Below, in pieces: positions 1 through 10,299 of a stretch of 52,049 nt of DNA. Under the pieces are notes generated by a model, which was given only the letters and a program-made list of their open reading frames with translations, was not told the origin of the DNA and ran no database searches. How positions within the stretch are numbered: position 1 is the stretch's first letter; every line of letters begins with the position of its first letter. A program made the translations under genes and the position numbers. The stretch is from Guillardia theta CCMP2712 (lineage: Eukaryota > Protista > Cryptophyta), in the NCBI RefSeq assembly GCF_000315625.1, contig NW_005434437.1, positions 2,701 through 54,749 on the forward strand, given 5' to 3'.

Positions 1-816
1 CGGACTTTGTCGAGTCGCCCGAGGAGTCTTCGCCGGAGGTCTCCGACTCCGATGGGGGACACCCTTCGAGTGGCCCCGACGATCGGCGCGGAGCTGGCGA
101 GGCGTCTCCGTCCCTCACTGTGACGTCGGGTGCCTCCGGAGAGCTCGACACNNNNNNNNNNNNNNNNNNNNNNNNNNNNNNNNNNNNNNNNNNNNNNNNN
201 NNNNNNNNNNNNNNNNNNNNNNNNNNNNNNNNNNNNNNNNNNNNNNNNNNNCTCGCCTGCTTCCTCCCCGGCATCGGTCGGGTCACGCCGGTCCTTGGGC
301 ATTGCCGCGGCGTCGCCGCCGTCACGGGCGGCTACCGCTGACTCGGCTACCGCTGACTCGGAGGCTAGCGAGGAGGACTACCTCTGAGCGGTACCGTGTT
401 CCTGTGTCCAGCCTCCCTCCGTCCGCTGCCCCAGGCGGACCCCCGGGCAGCGCCGGCTCCTTGTCGGCGGCTGCCCTTTCTTCGTCCGCGGCCGCCCGCT
501 TTGTGGCGGCAGCGGACGTCTCGACTGACAGTGGTCAGTCGGCTGCCTCCGGGTATCGCGTCTAAGGGATTTTATTCCTCCTGCATGCTCCTGCTGCTTG
601 TTGCTTGATTGCTTGACCCTTAGGCTGCTTGTCTGCGCGGCTTCGCGCTTGGGCTGGCGCTGCCGCGTCTGGGTGCCAGCAGTGCTGGATCTTTTCGGGC
701 TTGTGTTTTGTGTGTGATTGTTCAGCTTCTCGCTGTGGACTGTGTGCCTGGAGGTTTAGGTTGTTCCTGCTTTGTTTTGCTTGAGGCACTTTTTATCTTC
801 TGCCAGTAAATCCTAT
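1..816 (+). mobile_element. CRE-like (RLE) non-LTR retrotransposon, copy 1: Ser/Ala-rich ORF tail, stop at 563-565, ~250-bp 3'UTR ending ...CTGCCAGTAAATCCTAT
   Basis: Bases 1-10 match 1527-1536 of copy 2, and ~502-816 is near-identical to ~1541-1855. The 5' part lies outside the window and the copy spans an N gap. Confidence 0.75.
152..251. other. Assembly gap (100 N)
   Basis: Run of N. Confidence 1.
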
Positions 817-829
817 AGTTTGTTTTCCC

Positions 830-1855
830 TCCGTTGCTGCACATCATCTCCAGACCTGCAAACGCCGATCCTCCAAGCTTCCCACGGCGCATGACAACCT
901 TACTCGTACGATTCGGTCGATGCTGAACGAAGCTGGTCTTCAGAGCGTCATCGATACAGTGGGGGATCCTCGTTCTCGACGGCAGGTACCCTCCCATCCT
1001 CATGGCCGCAAGATGAAGGGCGATATCCACATTCCTGGAATCCGCGATCGAGGGTCCGAGCAGTACGAGGGCTTGATGGCGGACGTGACGTTGGTCCACC
1101 CTTACATTGGTGCCAATAGATTGGTAGCTCTGCCGACCTGACCAAGTGGGGGGAGGTCAACCTCGACGCCCTCCATGTTGCAGCGTCTGAGAAGATTCGC
1201 AAACATCGCGCTGCATATGCCATGACTACTCCTCCTCGAGCGTTCATCCCTCTTGCCATCTCGACGGACGGTACCCTGCATCCTGACACCCTCCGCTTCA
1301 TCTGGTATCTCGCGGACATCATTGCTCAGCGCTCGATGCCTCTTGAGGATGCGGCGTTTGGTCGGCACTTCGTGCCTGATGACGGCCCTGCTGCTGAGGT
1401 CTTGGCTCGCAAACGCGCCGCCACCTATCAGCGCCAGCTGGCGCTGGAGGCGCTCTTGTCTGGTGCGAGGCGCATGACGCCCTTGCGGACGCAAGCGCTT
1501 CTCGAGCCAGAGGACAGCTCCTCCTCGGACTTTGTAGACGTGTGGCGGCAGCGGACGTCTCGACTGACAGTGGTCAGTCGGCTGCCTCCGGGTATCGCGT
1601 CTAAGGGATTTTATTCCTCCTGCATGCTCCTGCTGCTTGTTGCTTGATTGCTTGACCCTTCGGCTGCTTGTCTGCGCGGCTTCGCGCTTGGGCTGGCGCT
1701 GCCGCGTCTGGGTGCCAGCAGTGCTGGATCTTTTCGGGCTTGTGTTTTGTGTGTGATTGTGCAGCTTCTCGCTGTGGACTGTGTACCTGCCGGTTCAGCT
1801 TGTTCCTGCTTTGTTTTGCTTGAGGCACTTTTTACCTTCTGCCAGTAAATCCTAT
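830..1855 (+). mobile_element. CRE-like retrotransposon copy 2: 5'-truncated, end of zinc knuckle + restriction-like endonuclease + 3'UTR; frameshifted and internally deleted
   Basis: Translation HHLQTC...AHDNL...KGDIHIP...LMADVTLVHP...AASEKIRKHRAAY...RAFIPLAISTDGTLH follows the RLE pattern (H-x3-C, RHD-like, PD..D-like, E..K..K, F.P....G). An 8-nt insertion at 1118-1125 breaks the frame, and the ~490-bp tail present in copy 1 is missing. Confidence 0.75.
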
Positions 1856-1861
1856 ACTTAG

Positions 1862-2770
1862 GCAATCAAGCAACAAGCAGCAGGAGCATGCAGGAGGAAG
1901 GGATCGAGCTCGCGCTGACATCCATCACATTCCGTCGGACACTGGCAGATCGGCATGCCATGGAGATAGCAGTCGAGCATCTGAGCATAGCGGTGCGGGA
2001 AGGCCTTGAGGGGGTAGTAGTTCGAGACTCGCATCGGAGAGTGGCTCAGGTCTCGCTCAGGAAAATGAGCGAAGATGGTAGACTGCAAGACCCAATGATC
2101 CTGCGACTTGAGCGAGTGTGTCCTGCGGCTGTGCAAGGTGAGGATATCACGCTGCTGATCGGTCAGCGCAGCGCGAGCATGCACATGGCGAGGGAAGACG
2201 CGCATGACAAGAGGGGTCACATTTCGCTGCGCAGGGGGAGGAATGAAGTGCTCATGAGACGAGTCGACGAGAGCGCGCAAACCAGGGATGTGTACCACAG
2301 ATGCCGGGGGGCGTCCTGCGTCATCAGGCACAGCAGCCGGGGCAGGTGGGATCGCCGCGCCATCTGCAGCCGGTGCAGGAGCCTTGACACGACGGTAGAG
2401 GATCGCTCCAGCATTATGAACGAAGTCGTGCGCCTCAACGAAGAAGGTCGCCAGAGGATGCTTCTGGGCACGGAGAGATCTCGAGCAGTGAACGTCCAGG
2501 CTATGAGGAGAGGGCAAGGTCCGGGACATGGGCTGGTCAGAGTACCAAGCGAGGAAGCGAGCGATAGCCGTATAGTAAACAGCGGGGTGTAGACCCTCAG
2601 AGGGCGTGAACTCGTCCCCTCCCCGACTATGCGGAAGCTCCCGCTTGAACCTCGCAAACTCTAGCAGGTTGGGATGCGCGGCGAGGTACTGCGAGGAAGG
2701 CCAGCGGTGGTATTTCTCAAGCGCCAGGTGGACAGAGAGGTCAAAGCGACGAATCTGTGACTGGACCCGC
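1862..2770 (-). mobile_element. CRE-like retrotransposon copy 3: RT thumb, linker and CCHC zinc knuckle fused to 3'UTR
   Basis: Open minus frame ...RRFDLSVHLAL...RFKRELPHSRGGDEFT (LP...GG thumb-like motif)...CDGCQRELDPFLLH, then a jump into 3'UTR sequence. No RT catalytic Y.DD core was seen in the window. Confidence 0.65.
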
Positions 2771-3153
2771 GGGAGAAACGGAGAAGACCCCTATACCCCC
2801 CCTGGAGGAAGAAGCGCAGCTTCTGGAGATGGCTCGCCCTCACCAGCGTCTTGAACATGAAGCCATGCTGGACGAGCCCGAGCTTCGAGAGCTCTTCGTT
2901 GAGGGTAGAAACCTTCGCTCGGAGCTGACTAGCATGAAATCCATCCGTGCCCTTCGGCTGCTTGTCCGTAGCTTGTCTGCGCGGCTTCGCGCTTGGGCTG
3001 GCGCTGCCGGGTCTGCTGACGGTTGCCAGCAGTGCTGGATCTTTTCGGGCTTGTGTCTTTGTGTGTTTGTGCAGCTTCTCGCTGTGCGCTGTGTGCCAGG
3101 AGGTTCAGCTTGTTCCTGCTTTGTTTTGCTTGAGGCACTTTTTACCTTCTGCC
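2771..3153 (+). mobile_element. Element-derived segment: ~180 bp of coding-like sequence joined to a diverged 3'UTR copy (~2950-3153)
   Basis: 2950-3153 aligns to ~617-804 with small insertions. Assignment of 2771-2950 to the element is inferred from context. Confidence 0.6.
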
Positions 3154-3179
3154 GTTGTCGGATTTACTGGCAGAAGGTA

Positions 3180-4450
3180 CGGTGCAGATGAATTCCTTGT
3201 AAACTTTCATGGCAGAAATTTTCAGATGAAGATGTTCCGTGAGTAGAGTTGAGATCGTGTATGAAGTCTCGATGAAATGAATATGAGTTTTGACAAAATC
3301 AGGCTTTTCGAGCATGTGTTCAGTTTCCCAGGGCCCCAGTCATAGGATTTACTGGCAGAAGATAAAAAGTGCCTCAAGCAAAACAAAGCAGGAACAAGCT
3401 GAACCGGCAGGTACACAGTCCACAGCGAGAAGCGGCACAATCACACACAAAACACAAGCCCGAAAAGAACCAGCACTGCTGGCACCCAGACGCGGCAGCG
3501 CCAGCCCAAGCGCGAAGCCCAGTATTGGCAACTGAAGGCTTTGACATGATGCCAACATTCATATGTCTTTAGGGACACACATGTGCGGCATATGCGTGCT
3601 TGTACTAAAGGACTTGAATGTTTCTGTTGTAAGTCGATCAACAAAGGAGAAACCTTGCCACCGCGCATGCTAGTTCGAATCTTTTATTGAAAATAGACAT
3701 GTTCATTACTGGACTGCATCTACACGATCAATAAGCCCATCCTTCCTTGTGCATTTGAACTCCGATGTTCAAGTATGTGATCATTGCCACCTGGGTGACA
3801 CCGCACAAAATACAAGAAGTTTTCTTGCTTCTTGGGTATCAGTCTTGGATTGCTTCAAAATAGGGCGGAAGAGACGGGCAGTAGATAATTGAATGACCTC
3901 AAAATCATCTTTTTTTGCTACATTGAGTACATGCATGCCTGTTAACAAACAGACGAGGCGAATGCTCACTTGCAGCTTTGCGATTCGACATATAAGGGCA
4001 TCAGTGCATGGGCCAGGATATCCACACACGGCAACAATCCAAGAACTTTTGGATTGACAAACATTCTAGACATGTAGTCATGCATTAGAATCAGTAACTT
4101 GCCTGAACAGAGCTTGTTGATGCAACTGCTCTCTTCCTGATAATAACATTGATGGCTGTCATTCAAGTCTAAAGTTGATGGGCCATATCCCCCAGTTCCT
4201 CTGACAGCAGTTGACTTAGATATTGGCTGAGATGAATCAAGATCTCGCTAAAAGATCAACATGTTCCCTGACTTCGAAAAGCGTTGACATACATCGAAGT
4301 TTGAATCCATTGCACTTGGTTCATCACCACAACAGAGCTGGATTCATGCAAGGCAGGTTCTTTTCAAGACCCTTCTTGTATCTATGCAACAATACAACAT
4401 GATTCGAAGCATACACGCATGAAAATTCGATTGCAACACGTCCTCATGGT
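3180..4450 (-). pseudogene. Probable intron-containing host gene of unknown function, interrupted by the retrocopy and truncated by the element nest
   Basis: AT-richer segment with short GT-AG intron-like pieces. Removing the insertion and one TSD restores a frame ...QLPILGPWETEHMLEKPDFVKTHIHFIETSY... No recognisable domain. Confidence 0.4.
3341..3517 (-). mobile_element. 5'-truncated 3'UTR-only retrocopy with 6-bp target-site duplication CCCAGT
   Basis: Reverse complement of the 3'UTR terminus, flanked by cccagt at 3335-3340 and 3518-3523. Confidence 0.8.
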
Positions 4451-4974
4451 ATCATGGCCATCGCTCCTTGTCGTGGCTCAAGCAGAAGGCGTGTGGGGTT
4501 GAGGAATAGACCCACCCCTACCTTCTGATTTCCATCTACTCAGGCTTTTTCAAAGGTAGGGGGTACTAGCTTTGGTCAAAGTAATTTGATTCAAATTTCC
4601 CTTGCGAGAGGGTCATTGAGCTATGGACCACCGGGGTGGGTGCTGTTTGACCACTTACCGGTAATCGAATATGATACTTTTCGACGCCAATTCCAGTACG
4701 GAGAGCCCATACTTTTAAGATTTCATCCTTCCTCCCTTGAATCCGACCCACCCCACCCTGACTCTGACGGAGGGAAACGTACGGGTTCTCTAAACTATCT
4801 GAAACCACCCATGCGAACCTCACAGAAAATGAGGGACTTTTGTGGTACAACTTCATGTATGGGGAGCCCTGAGGACCTCCGTACAAATACCACAACGCTT
4901 TGGAACAAGTATTTTAAGGGCAGTACAAACAAAACGCCCTGGTACTAAAGATTCCAGAAGGGGATTGGAACGTC

Positions 4975-5670
4975 CGGCGGACGGAGAAAGCGCTGCAGTG
5001 CCCGACGGAGGGAGGCTGGACACAGGAACACGGTACCGCTCGAGGTAGTCCTCCTCGCTAGCCTCCGAGTCAGCGGCAGCCGAGACCAACTTGGCACCGC
5101 CCGTGACGGCGGCGACGCCGCAGCCGCGTTGAATGCCCAAGGACCGGACCCGACCGATGCCGGGGAGGAAGCAGGCGAGCTCGGACCAGCAGCAAGCACC
5201 CCAGTGGTGTCGAGCTCTCCGGAGGCACCCGACGTCACAGTGAGGGACGGAGACGCCTCGCCAGCTCCGCGCCGGTCGTCGGCGCCACTCGCCAGGGGGG
5301 AAGTCAACCTCGACGCCCTCCGAGTCCATGTTGCAGCGTCTGAGAAGATTCGCAAACATCGCGCTGCATATGCCATGACTACTCCTCCTCGAGCGTTCAT
5401 CCCTCTTGCCATCTCGACGGACGCCGGGTACCCCGGGCCCTGCATCCTGACACCCTCCGCTTCCGATGATCTGGTATCTGGCGGACATCATTGCTCAGCG
5501 CTCCGACGATGCCTCTTGAGGATGCGGCGTTTGGTCAACTTCGTGCCTGATGACGGCCCTGCTGCTGAGGTCTTGGCTCGCAAACGCGCCGCCACCTATC
5601 AGCGCCTCACTGCTATGCAGCTGACGCTGGAGGCGCTCTTGTACGGTCTGGTGCGAGGCGCATGACGCCC
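4975..5670. mobile_element. CRE-like retrotransposon copy with internal inversion: tail segment on minus (~4975-5290), RLE segment on plus (~5295-5670)
   Basis: ~5004-5290 is the reverse complement of ~68-422, and 5295-5670 aligns to 1148-1482 with seven short insertions. Confidence 0.75.
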
Positions 5671-6192
5671 GATCATCGGAACAAGCTGGCAAAGAAGGAC
5701 GGCTCCGAGTCCGATGCAGAGGGGGTCAGGCAGAGAGCACACCGTGACTGCGGCAACAAAAGCGGTGTACGGAACACAGCAACAAACGCGGCTCAAACAC
5801 ACGCTCGGAAACATAAAACCGAAAGTAATTTACCTCCGAGGCTCAGTTCTGTTGCCGCGCACCTGACCTGCAAGCCGCCTCGAAAGTAACACTGCACACG
5901 TGACGGCCGGGCGTCCCGCCGTTCCGCTTCATCTGGCTGAGGAGTCCAAGTTAAGCGTGTAATGATGTGCGTGCAGGCAAGACGGTCAGGCGTCACACCG
6001 TGAGCCACAAACTTACAACTCGAGTCCGCCTCGGAACCTTTCCTTCTCCCCCCCCCCCCCCCCCGGGGTTTCACTCTCCCTTGTGGCTGAAGGGGGGGAG
6101 GGGAGTCATTGAATTAGGGTTTTCTAGTCCTTCCTCAAAGGGTCGGAAAAGGGGTGGGGGCCTTTTTTAGAAGTAACCCCCCCCCCCACACA

Positions 6193-6292
6193 NNNNNNNN
6201 NNNNNNNNNNNNNNNNNNNNNNNNNNNNNNNNNNNNNNNNNNNNNNNNNNNNNNNNNNNNNNNNNNNNNNNNNNNNNNNNNNNNNNNNNNNN
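6193..6292. other. Assembly gap (100 N), with poly-C/poly-G tracts nearby
   Basis: Run of N; C-runs at ~6047-6064, ~6177-6187 and ~6435-6450. Confidence 1.
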
Positions 6293-6741
6293 TACGGTAC
6301 TATAGGCGGCCTCTTCATCTTCACGGGTGCATTATTGGAATAATCAAATCTATGGTGAGAAATGAAATTTTCAGATAGGATTCCGAGAAAATCTACTTTG
6401 ATTTCATGAGGATATAAAAGAGTTTGTAGACGTACCCCCCCCCCCCCCCCTTAACTTTGCAGTAAGGTCGTTGCAAACTGACGCGCTATGGCATGATAGT
6501 CGTTGCAAACAGCGGCGCCTTTGGACAGCTGGTGGTGGTATCGGAAGATGCAGAAGCAGCAGCAGGCGAAGAAAGTTCTTCATGCACGCTGTCTCTGAAT
6601 CTTCTCTGACAATTGGCACACGTTTGAGTATGGAATGGCGCAATTGATTCAGTGCATCCTTGCTCGCGTTTGAGTCCAGTCAATCAAAGTCTGTCCCCCA
6701 GCCGTAAGGATCCTACGACGTGTTGCTCCTCGCCAGCTTAC

Positions 6742-9700
6742 ATGTCGGTCACCGAAACCATGCGAGACCTCGCACGACAGGTTTTCACCTCTCTGGACAA
6801 GAATGGCGACGGCACGCTCACGGAAGATGAGCTTAAGCGGTAAGGAATGAGTGAGCAGCAGGAGCTTTGCGCTGTGAGATGGCCTGACGCTGCCTGACCA
6901 CGCAGATGGCTGAGCTTCCAGTGCGACATGGGGGAGGAGGAGCAGGACGAGCTATGGCTGTCACGATGGGGGGAGAAAGAGGAGATTGAGTTCGAGGACT
7001 TCTTAGAAGCGGCGCAGGAGTACGACTGGCCACTGAAGGCAGGAAGGCAGGGCCCTGCGTTGGTACCTACGACATCAGCACCAGCACCAGCACCAATGGC
7101 AGAATCAGGAGGAGAGAGGGAGAAAGTTGACGAAGCGTTCAAGGAACTAGCTCGGAATACCTTCAACGCTCTGGACAAGAATGGCGACGGCACGCTCACG
7201 GAAGATGAGCTTAAGCGGTAAGGAATGAGTGAGCAGCAGGAGCTTTGCGCTGTGAGATGGCCTGACGCTGCCTGACCACGCAGATGGCTGAGCTTCCAGT
7301 GCGACATGGGGGAGGAGGAGCAGGACGAGCTATGGCTGTCACGATGGGGGGAGAAAGAGGAGATTGAGTTCGAGGACTTCTTAGAAGCAGCGCAGGAGTA
7401 CGACTGGCCACTGAAGGCAGGAAGGCAGGGCCCTGCGTTGGTACCTACGACATCAGCACCAGCACCAGCACCAATGGCAGAATCAGGAGGAGAGAGGGAG
7501 AAAGTTGACGAAGCGTTCAAGGAACTAGCTCGGAATACCTTCAACGCTCTGGACAAGAATGGCGACGGCACGCTCACGGAAGATGAGCTTAAGCGGTAAG
7601 GAATGAGTGAGCAGCAGGAGCTTTGCGCTGTGAGATGGCCTGACGCTGCCTGACCACGCAGATGGCTGAGCTTCCAGTGCGACATGGGGGAGGAGGAGCA
7701 GGACGAGCTATGGCTGTCACGATGGGGGGAGAAAGAGGAGATTGAGTTCGAGGACTTCTTAGAAGCGGCGCAGGAGTACGACTGGCCACTGAAGGCAGGA
7801 AGGCAGGGCCCTGCGTTGGTTCCAAAAGAAGAACCAATCCCTGTACTGCGGCTGCTTGTTCAAGGAGCAGACTTTCTTCCCTGCGAATCACAGGTTGCAT
7901 TTTTGGTCTACATCTGAGTGTGTTGGTTAATCAAGTTCTCATGAAAGGAAATTTACTTTTTTCGATCGTCTCAAAGTTCGCAGCAGCTCGGGCATGATCC
8001 ATACATCCGAATCTCCTACAATGAGCAAAACTTGCGTACAAAAACCTCGGTGAGGTCGTCATGCGCCATTCTCTTTTGAATGATTTGTAAGATTATGAAT
8101 TCGTCTCCTACCTGGAATGAAGTTTTCATCTTGGAGCATGTCAAAGGTCAAATTACCTCAAAACTGAACGTTTCCAGACTTGTTCAATGAATCTCTCAGG
8201 GACATCAATCAAATTCCAGCTTTTTCATGAAAGCAAGTCACTTGAAGAAAAGTTGGTGGGTGAAGCGATCTTGCAAGAAAATGTATTGGACAGGATCATG
8301 CATCGAGGTAATTTGTTTTTGATTGCAACGACTTATATCTTCCATGAGTAATTTCCGAAGGAGTTCACACAATGGAAGAGCACAGTTTGAATTTCAAAGA
8401 TTTGTCTGGAACTATTTTGACAGGTTGATAGATTTCTTTCGGATAAAATCGGTTGATTTGTTTTTGAAGGGAAAGGGGGATTAGAGAGTATTCTGTATTG
8501 TCAACTTTACGTGACAGATCAAGGTAGCATGACAGCTGCTTTAGGAAGGTGATCATCCGGTTTCCAGTCTCATCCGACGACCCATCGGCAAGGCCAGCGA
8601 AAACGGAGAAAGATGTGAAATCAACGAGAGATTCTATCCGCAAGCCACACGTGTTCTCACTCCAGGATTTGGAAGAGAATCGAGTCTGGTGCTTCACGGA
8701 GCTTTCCTTTCTTGCTCGTTGAACGTGTGAGGACAGGAGTTGGCATTCTCGAGCTTCCAGGGCTCGAGGTCCATCAGAGCAGCCAGACACGTGAGGTGAT
8801 ATGTTGGGTCAGCCAGGGCTAAAGCTTGTGTTGAAGCTCCAAGAACACTCCACGCGACAGCAACTTGACTGTTGGAGGTCCAGACCGACTTTTTGCATTC
8901 GAGACGTAAGGATTTGAAAGAGATCTGCTATCAATGATTCAAACTTTTAAGACTTGAGAAGAGTGATTCTGAAAGAATTCTTGCTACTTTCGGATTGTTC
9001 GGAGATCGGGTGGTGTCGTTCTTTACCAAACTCGTGCAGCTGATGGTGGTGCTAGTTGAAAACTCTCAAGGCATGGTTCAGTAATGTCTCGCTGAAATTT
9101 GACAGCAGCAAAGTCTTGTACGCATCTGTTGCCTATCATGTCTTACTGTCATGATTTCAGGTTCCACGTAAACGTCTTGAATCAGAAATGGCCACACTGG
9201 GGCTGGAATCTCATATTCTGGTAAGGAACTTGTTCCAACAACAACCAGGGATCTTTTCTTATCAATCATGGCTTCAGTCCACATGGTTAGGAGATGTGAA
9301 GGATGACGAAGAGATCGATAGCCGGCTCTTCCTGTCTCTTCTCGCGAGAGAGCCGTCTTTTGCTGCGGGTAACTGAGAGCAAGAAAAGGCGATCAATCAC
9401 AAGAATTTTTAGGTCTCGCTGACAAGCTGGAGAAACCACGGGTCAAACAGGCGTTGTGTGTCTGTTATTGCATTGACTGAAAATAGATGGATGAGGAGAT
9501 GTCGAAAGAGTTAGAGCACTATAAGTGAAACTTCCTGCTTCTCATATCATCGTTGGTGAGAAATTGTGCAGGACAGGATTTGAAGTTCTGCAAGGATTGA
9601 ACCTCGCTTCGATGACCAAGGAGAAACTCGATTGGATGGAGGTGGTTTCCGCCGCCTCCTCCATCCGCTGAGGCTGTTGGCAGCTGCGGCAAGAACTCTC

Positions 9701-10240
9701 TGACATCATCGAGACAAACAGCCACATACAGTCCAAGGTAGACATCTCAGAGCCATCAGACCAGGGGGAATGTGAGGTGGCGACTGCAGGTGAAGGAGAA
9801 GGAGGAAGAAGAGGTTCGAATCAAGTACGTCATTCGCCCGCACGTAAGCTTCTCTTTGTGCCATCGGCAACTCTCATACCTTTCAAGGCAAAGCTCTACG
9901 AGACCAAAGTCTCTCCTCCGGCCAGCACCAGGTACCGGCCATGCCCGGTGATCGGATTAATGTTTGCGTGAACCCTCATACAGACCTCCCTCGTTTGTCA
10001 ATGGCAAGAGGGTCAAGATCTTTGAGGGCTGGGAACGGAGGGGACAGACAGCTTACAAGCAAACTGCATCTAGCACAGACGAGGACGAGGACGAGGACGA
10101 TGAAAAAACTCATAAGCTTGATATCAAAAGCCGGTTGGTTGGTTTGTATTGCAACATGCACGAAGATAACACGTGATTGCAGCGTGTGGGTCGCTTGCAA
10201 AGACACTGTGGGAGCCGACGGCGACAACGGTAGCATGTGA
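6742..10240 (+). CDS. Multi-exon Ca2+-binding protein: three tandem EF-hand units, then C2-like domain(s) and a coiled-coil/acidic tail (3' end approximate)
   Basis: Canonical EF loop DKNGDGTLTEDE three times; C2-like strands LRLLVQGADFLP...DPYIRISYNEQNLRTK...WNEVFIL; many short introns. Confidence 0.7.
6791..7820 (+). repeat. 378-bp tandem repeat x2.7 (312-bp exon + 66-bp intron)
   Basis: Units start at 6791, 7169 and 7547 and are nearly identical, including introns. Confidence 0.95.
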
Positions 10241-10299
10241 AGGCGAATATATGACATGACAAAGTTGCAGCGGAGGCGCAGCAAGCTTTTCAAAGCATT

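Noticed and set aside
1888-2592. 234-aa plus-strand ORF
   Set aside because: Antisense to the retroelement thumb/zinc-knuckle frame
600-3520. LTRs or DNA-transposon terminal inverted repeats
   Set aside because: The repeats share a fixed 3' end with variable 5' truncation and follow an RLE ORF, which fits a non-LTR 3'UTR. No TG...CA ends, integrase or transposase were seen.
6738-7685. 315-aa minus-strand repetitive ORF
   Set aside because: Antisense shadow of the 378-bp EF-hand repeat; splice sites and motifs are on the plus strand.
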